Shown here in pieces: positions 61,101 through 64,000 of a stretch of 64,000 nt of DNA. The translations under genes and the position numbers were made by a program. Source of the DNA: Eledone cirrhosa (taxonomy: Eukaryota); the NCBI GenBank assembly GCA_964016885.1, contig OZ024743.1, forward strand, positions 135,532,001-135,596,000, written 5' to 3'. The first letter of the stretch is position 1. Each line of letters begins with the position of its first letter. A model generated the notes under the pieces. The model made no database searches, had not been told where the DNA came from, and saw only the letters and a program-made list of their open reading frames with translations.

Positions 61101-64000
61101 GCTGTTTGGTGTTTGGTCTTTGGTGCTTGGTGTTTGGTGCTTGGTGCTTGGTGTTTGGTGTCTGGTGCTTGGTGCTTGGTGTTTGCTGTTTGGTGCTTGG
61201 TGCTTGGTGTTTGGTGTTTGGTGCTTGGTGTCAGGTGCTTGGTGTTTGGTGTTTGCTGTATGTTGTTTGCTGTTTGGTGTTTGGTGTTTGGTATTTGGTG
61301 TTTGGTGCTTGGTGCTTGGTGTTTGGTGCTTGGTGCTTGATGTTTGGTGCCTGGTGCTTGGTGCTTGTTGTTTGGTGTTTGGTGCTTGGTGCTTGGTGCT
61401 TGGAGTTTGGTGTTTGGTGCTTGTTGCTTGGTGTTTTGTGTTTGGTGTTTGGTTTTTGGTGCTTGGTGCTTGGTGCTTGGTCCTTGGTGTTTGGTGCTGC
61501 GTGCTTTGTGTTTGGTGCTTGGTGCTTTGTGCTTGGTGTTTGGTGTTTGCTGCTTGGTGTTTGGTGCTTGGTGCTTGGTGCTTGGTGTTTTGTGTTTGGT
61601 GCTTGGTGCTTGGTGTTTGGTGCTTGGTGCTTGGTGCTTGGTGTTTGTACTTGGTGCTTGGTGCTTGGTGTTTGGTTCTTGGTTCTTGGTGTTTGGTACT
61701 TGGTGCTTGGTGCTTGGTGCTTGGTGTTTGGTGCTTGGTGTTTGGTGCTTGGTGCTTGGTGCTTGGTGCTTGGTCCTTGGTGTTTGGTGCTGCGTGCTTT
61801 GTGTTTGGTGCTTGGTGCTTTGTGCTTGGTGTTTGGTGTTTGCTGCTTGGTGTTTGGTGCTTGGTGCTTGGTGCTTGGTGTTTTGTGTTTGGTGCTTGGT
61901 GCTTGGTGTTTGGTGTTTGGTGTTTGGTGTTTGCTGTTTGCTGTTTGGTGTTTGGTGTTTGCTGTTTGCTGTTTGGTGTCTGCTTTTTGGTGTTTGGAGT
62001 TTGGTGTTTGCTGCTTGTTGCTTGGTGTTTTGTGTTTGGTGTTTGGTTTTTGGTGCTTGGTGTTTGGTTCTTGGTTCTTGGTGTTTGGTACTTGGTGCTT
62101 GGTGCTTGGTGCTTGGTGTTTGGTGCTTGGTGCTTGGTGTTTGGTGTTTGGTGCTTGGTGCTTGGTGTTTGGTGTTTGGTGCTTGGTGCTTGGTGTCTGG
62201 TGCTTGGTGCTTGGTGCTTGGTGTTTGGTGTTTGGTGTTTGGTGCTTGGTGCTTGGTGCTTGGTGTTTGGTGCTTGGTGTTTGGCGTTTGGTGCTTGTTG
62301 CTTGGTGCTTGGTGCTTGGTGTTTGGTGCTTGGTGCTTGGTGTTTGGTGCTGGGTGCTGGGTGCTTGGTGTTTGGTGCTTGGTGCTTGGTGTTTGGTGCT
62401 TGGTGCTTGGTGCTTGGTCTTTGGTGCTTGGTGTTTGGTGTTTGGTGCTTGGTGCTTGGTGCTTGGTGTTTGGTGCTTGGTGATTAGTGTTTGGTGCTTG
62501 GTGCTTGGGGTTTGGTGTTTGGTGCTTGGTGCTTGGTGTTTGGTGCTTGGTACTTGGTGTTTGGTGCTTGGTGTTTGGTGTTTGCTGTTTGGTGTGTGGT
62601 GTTTGGTGTTTGGTGTTTGCTGTTTGGTGTCTGCTTTTTTGTGTTTGGTGTTTGCTGTATGGTGTTTGCTGTTTCGTGTTTGGTGTTTGCTGTTTGCTGT
62701 TTGGTATTTGGTGTTTGCTGTTTGGTGTTTGGTCTTTTGTGCTTGGTGTTTGGTGCTTGGTGTTTGGTGTTTGGTGCTTGGTGCTTGGTGCTTGGTGTTT
62801 GGTGTTTGGTGCTTGGTGCTTGGTGCTTGGTGTTTGGTGCTTGGTGCTTGGTGTTTGGTGCTGGGTGCTTGGTGTTTGGTGCTTGGTGCTTGGTGCTTGG
62901 TGTTTGGTGCTGGGTGCTTGGTGTTTGGTGTTCGGTGTTATATGCTTGGTGTTTGATGCTTGGGGCTTGGTGCTTGTTGTTTGGTGTTTGGTGCTTGGTG
63001 TTTGATGCTTGGTGTTTGATGCTTGGTGCTTGGTGCTTGGTGTTTGGTGCTTGGTGCTTGGTGTTTGTACTTGGTGCTTGGTGCTTGGTTCTTTGTGTTT
63101 GGTGCTTGGTGCTTGGTGCTTGGTGCTTTGTGTTTGGTGCTTGGTGTTTGGTGCTTGGTGTTTGGTGCTTGGTGCCTGGTGCTTGGTGCTTGGTGCTTGG
63201 TGTTTGGTGCTTGGTGTTTGGTGCTTGGTGTTAGGTGTTTGGTGCTTGGTGCTTGGTGTTTGGTGTTTGGTGCTTGGAGTTTGGTGCTTGGTGCTTGGTG
63301 TTTGGTGTTTGGTGCTTGGTGTTTGGTGCTTGGTACTTGGTGCTTGGTATTAGGTGTTTGGTGCTTGGTGCTTGGTGTTTGGTTTTTGGTGCTTGATGCT
63401 TGGTGTTTGGTGTTTGGTGCTTGCTGCTGGCTGCTTGGTGCTTGGTGATTGGTGCTTGGTGTTTGGTGCTTGGTGTTTGGTGTTTGGTGCTAGGTGCTTG
63501 GTGCTTGGTGTTTGGTGCTTGGTGTTTGGTGTTTGGTGTTTGGTGCTTGGTGCTTGGTGTTTGGTGCTTGGTGCTGGGTGGTTGGTGTTTGGTGCTTGGT
63601 GTTTGGTGCTGGGTGCTTGGTGTTTGGTACTTGGTGCTTGGTCTTTGGTGCTTGGTGTTTGGTGTTTGGTGCTTGCTGCTTGGTGTTTGGTTCTTGGTGC
63701 TTGGTGTTTGGTGCTTGGTGCTTAGTGTTTGGTGCTAGGTGCTTGGGGTTTGGTGTTTGGTGCTTGGTGTTTGGTGCTTGGTTCTTGGTATTTGGTGTTT
63801 GCTGTTTACTGTTTGGTGTTTGTTGTTTGGTGTTTGTTGTTTGGTGTTTGTTGTTTGGTGTTTGTTGTTTGGTGTTTGCTGTTTGGTGTTTGGTGTTTGT
63901 TGTTTGGTGTTTGCTGTTTGGTGTCTGCTTTTTGGTGTTTGGTGTTTGCTGTATGTTGTTTGCTGTTTGGTGTTTGGTGTTTGGTATTTGGTGTTTGGTG

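Larger units (their letters stand above)
1..64000. repeat. Tandem satellite array of 7-bp monomer TTGGTG(C/T), single orientation, running off both window edges
   Basis: Read directly on every line: TTGGTGC and TTGGTGT dominate, with point variants (TTGCTGT, TTGATGC, TTGGTAC, TAGGTGY, TTGGTCT, TGGGTGG). All three + frames give the same WCLV(L/F)G(A/V) heptad, as expected for a 7-bp period. No CACCAA-oriented block seen on the + strand. Confidence 0.99.

Noticed and set aside
7-63738. Hundreds of + strand ORFs encoding (WCLVLGA/WCLVFGV)n, superficially membrane-protein-like
   Set aside because: The same peptide appears in all three frames because the period is 7. Stops are rare only because the strand lacks A, and the starts are TTG/GTG from the repeat itself. 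There is no unique domain.
273-63960. Recurring conserved core separated by variable sequence, resembling a CRISPR array
   Set aside because: The intervening sequence is the same heptamer repeat and is hundreds of bp long, not unique 25-45-bp spacers. No cas genes or leader are present.
1-64000. Resemblance to cyanobacterial heptamer STRR repeats (e.g. TTGGTCA-like) or bacterial VNTRs
   Set aside because: The consensus differs, and those repeats form short intergenic or intragenic runs, not a gene-free array of 64 kb or more.
1-64000. Pure sequencing or assembly artefact, or synthetic sequence
   Set aside because: Rare variants are shared between distant copies in a nested, graded pattern that random error would not produce. 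Exact copy numbers of the youngest duplications still need read validation.

Overview
The entire 64 kb is one uninterrupted, single-orientation tandem array of a 7-bp monomer, TTGGTGY, with TTGGTGC and TTGGTGT intermixed (reverse complement RCACCAA); 64000/7 gives about 9,100 monomers. The + strand is strongly G/T-rich and almost A-free. I see no genes, RNA genes, transposons, CRISPR spacers or unique sequence, and every ORF in the track is a by-product of the repeat. The array has nested structure: (1) a heritable C/T pattern at monomer position 7; (2) rare diagnostic variant monomers; (3) a recurring ~150-bp domain of T-ending monomers about every 0.5-1.5 kb; (4) a colinear ancestral unit of ~2-3 kb; (5) recent near-identical higher-order duplications with offsets of 1930, 1724, 2377, 2840, 4777/4756, 1803, 622, 3106/2735/2246 and 3042 bp. 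A distinct sub-lineage at ~13-37 kb lies between two related flanks. This is best read as a eukaryote-style satellite (centromeric, pericentromeric, subtelomeric or telomere-like). The organism and function cannot be determined from this window. Offsets come from matching ORF-track entries and manual spot checks; block boundaries are approximate.
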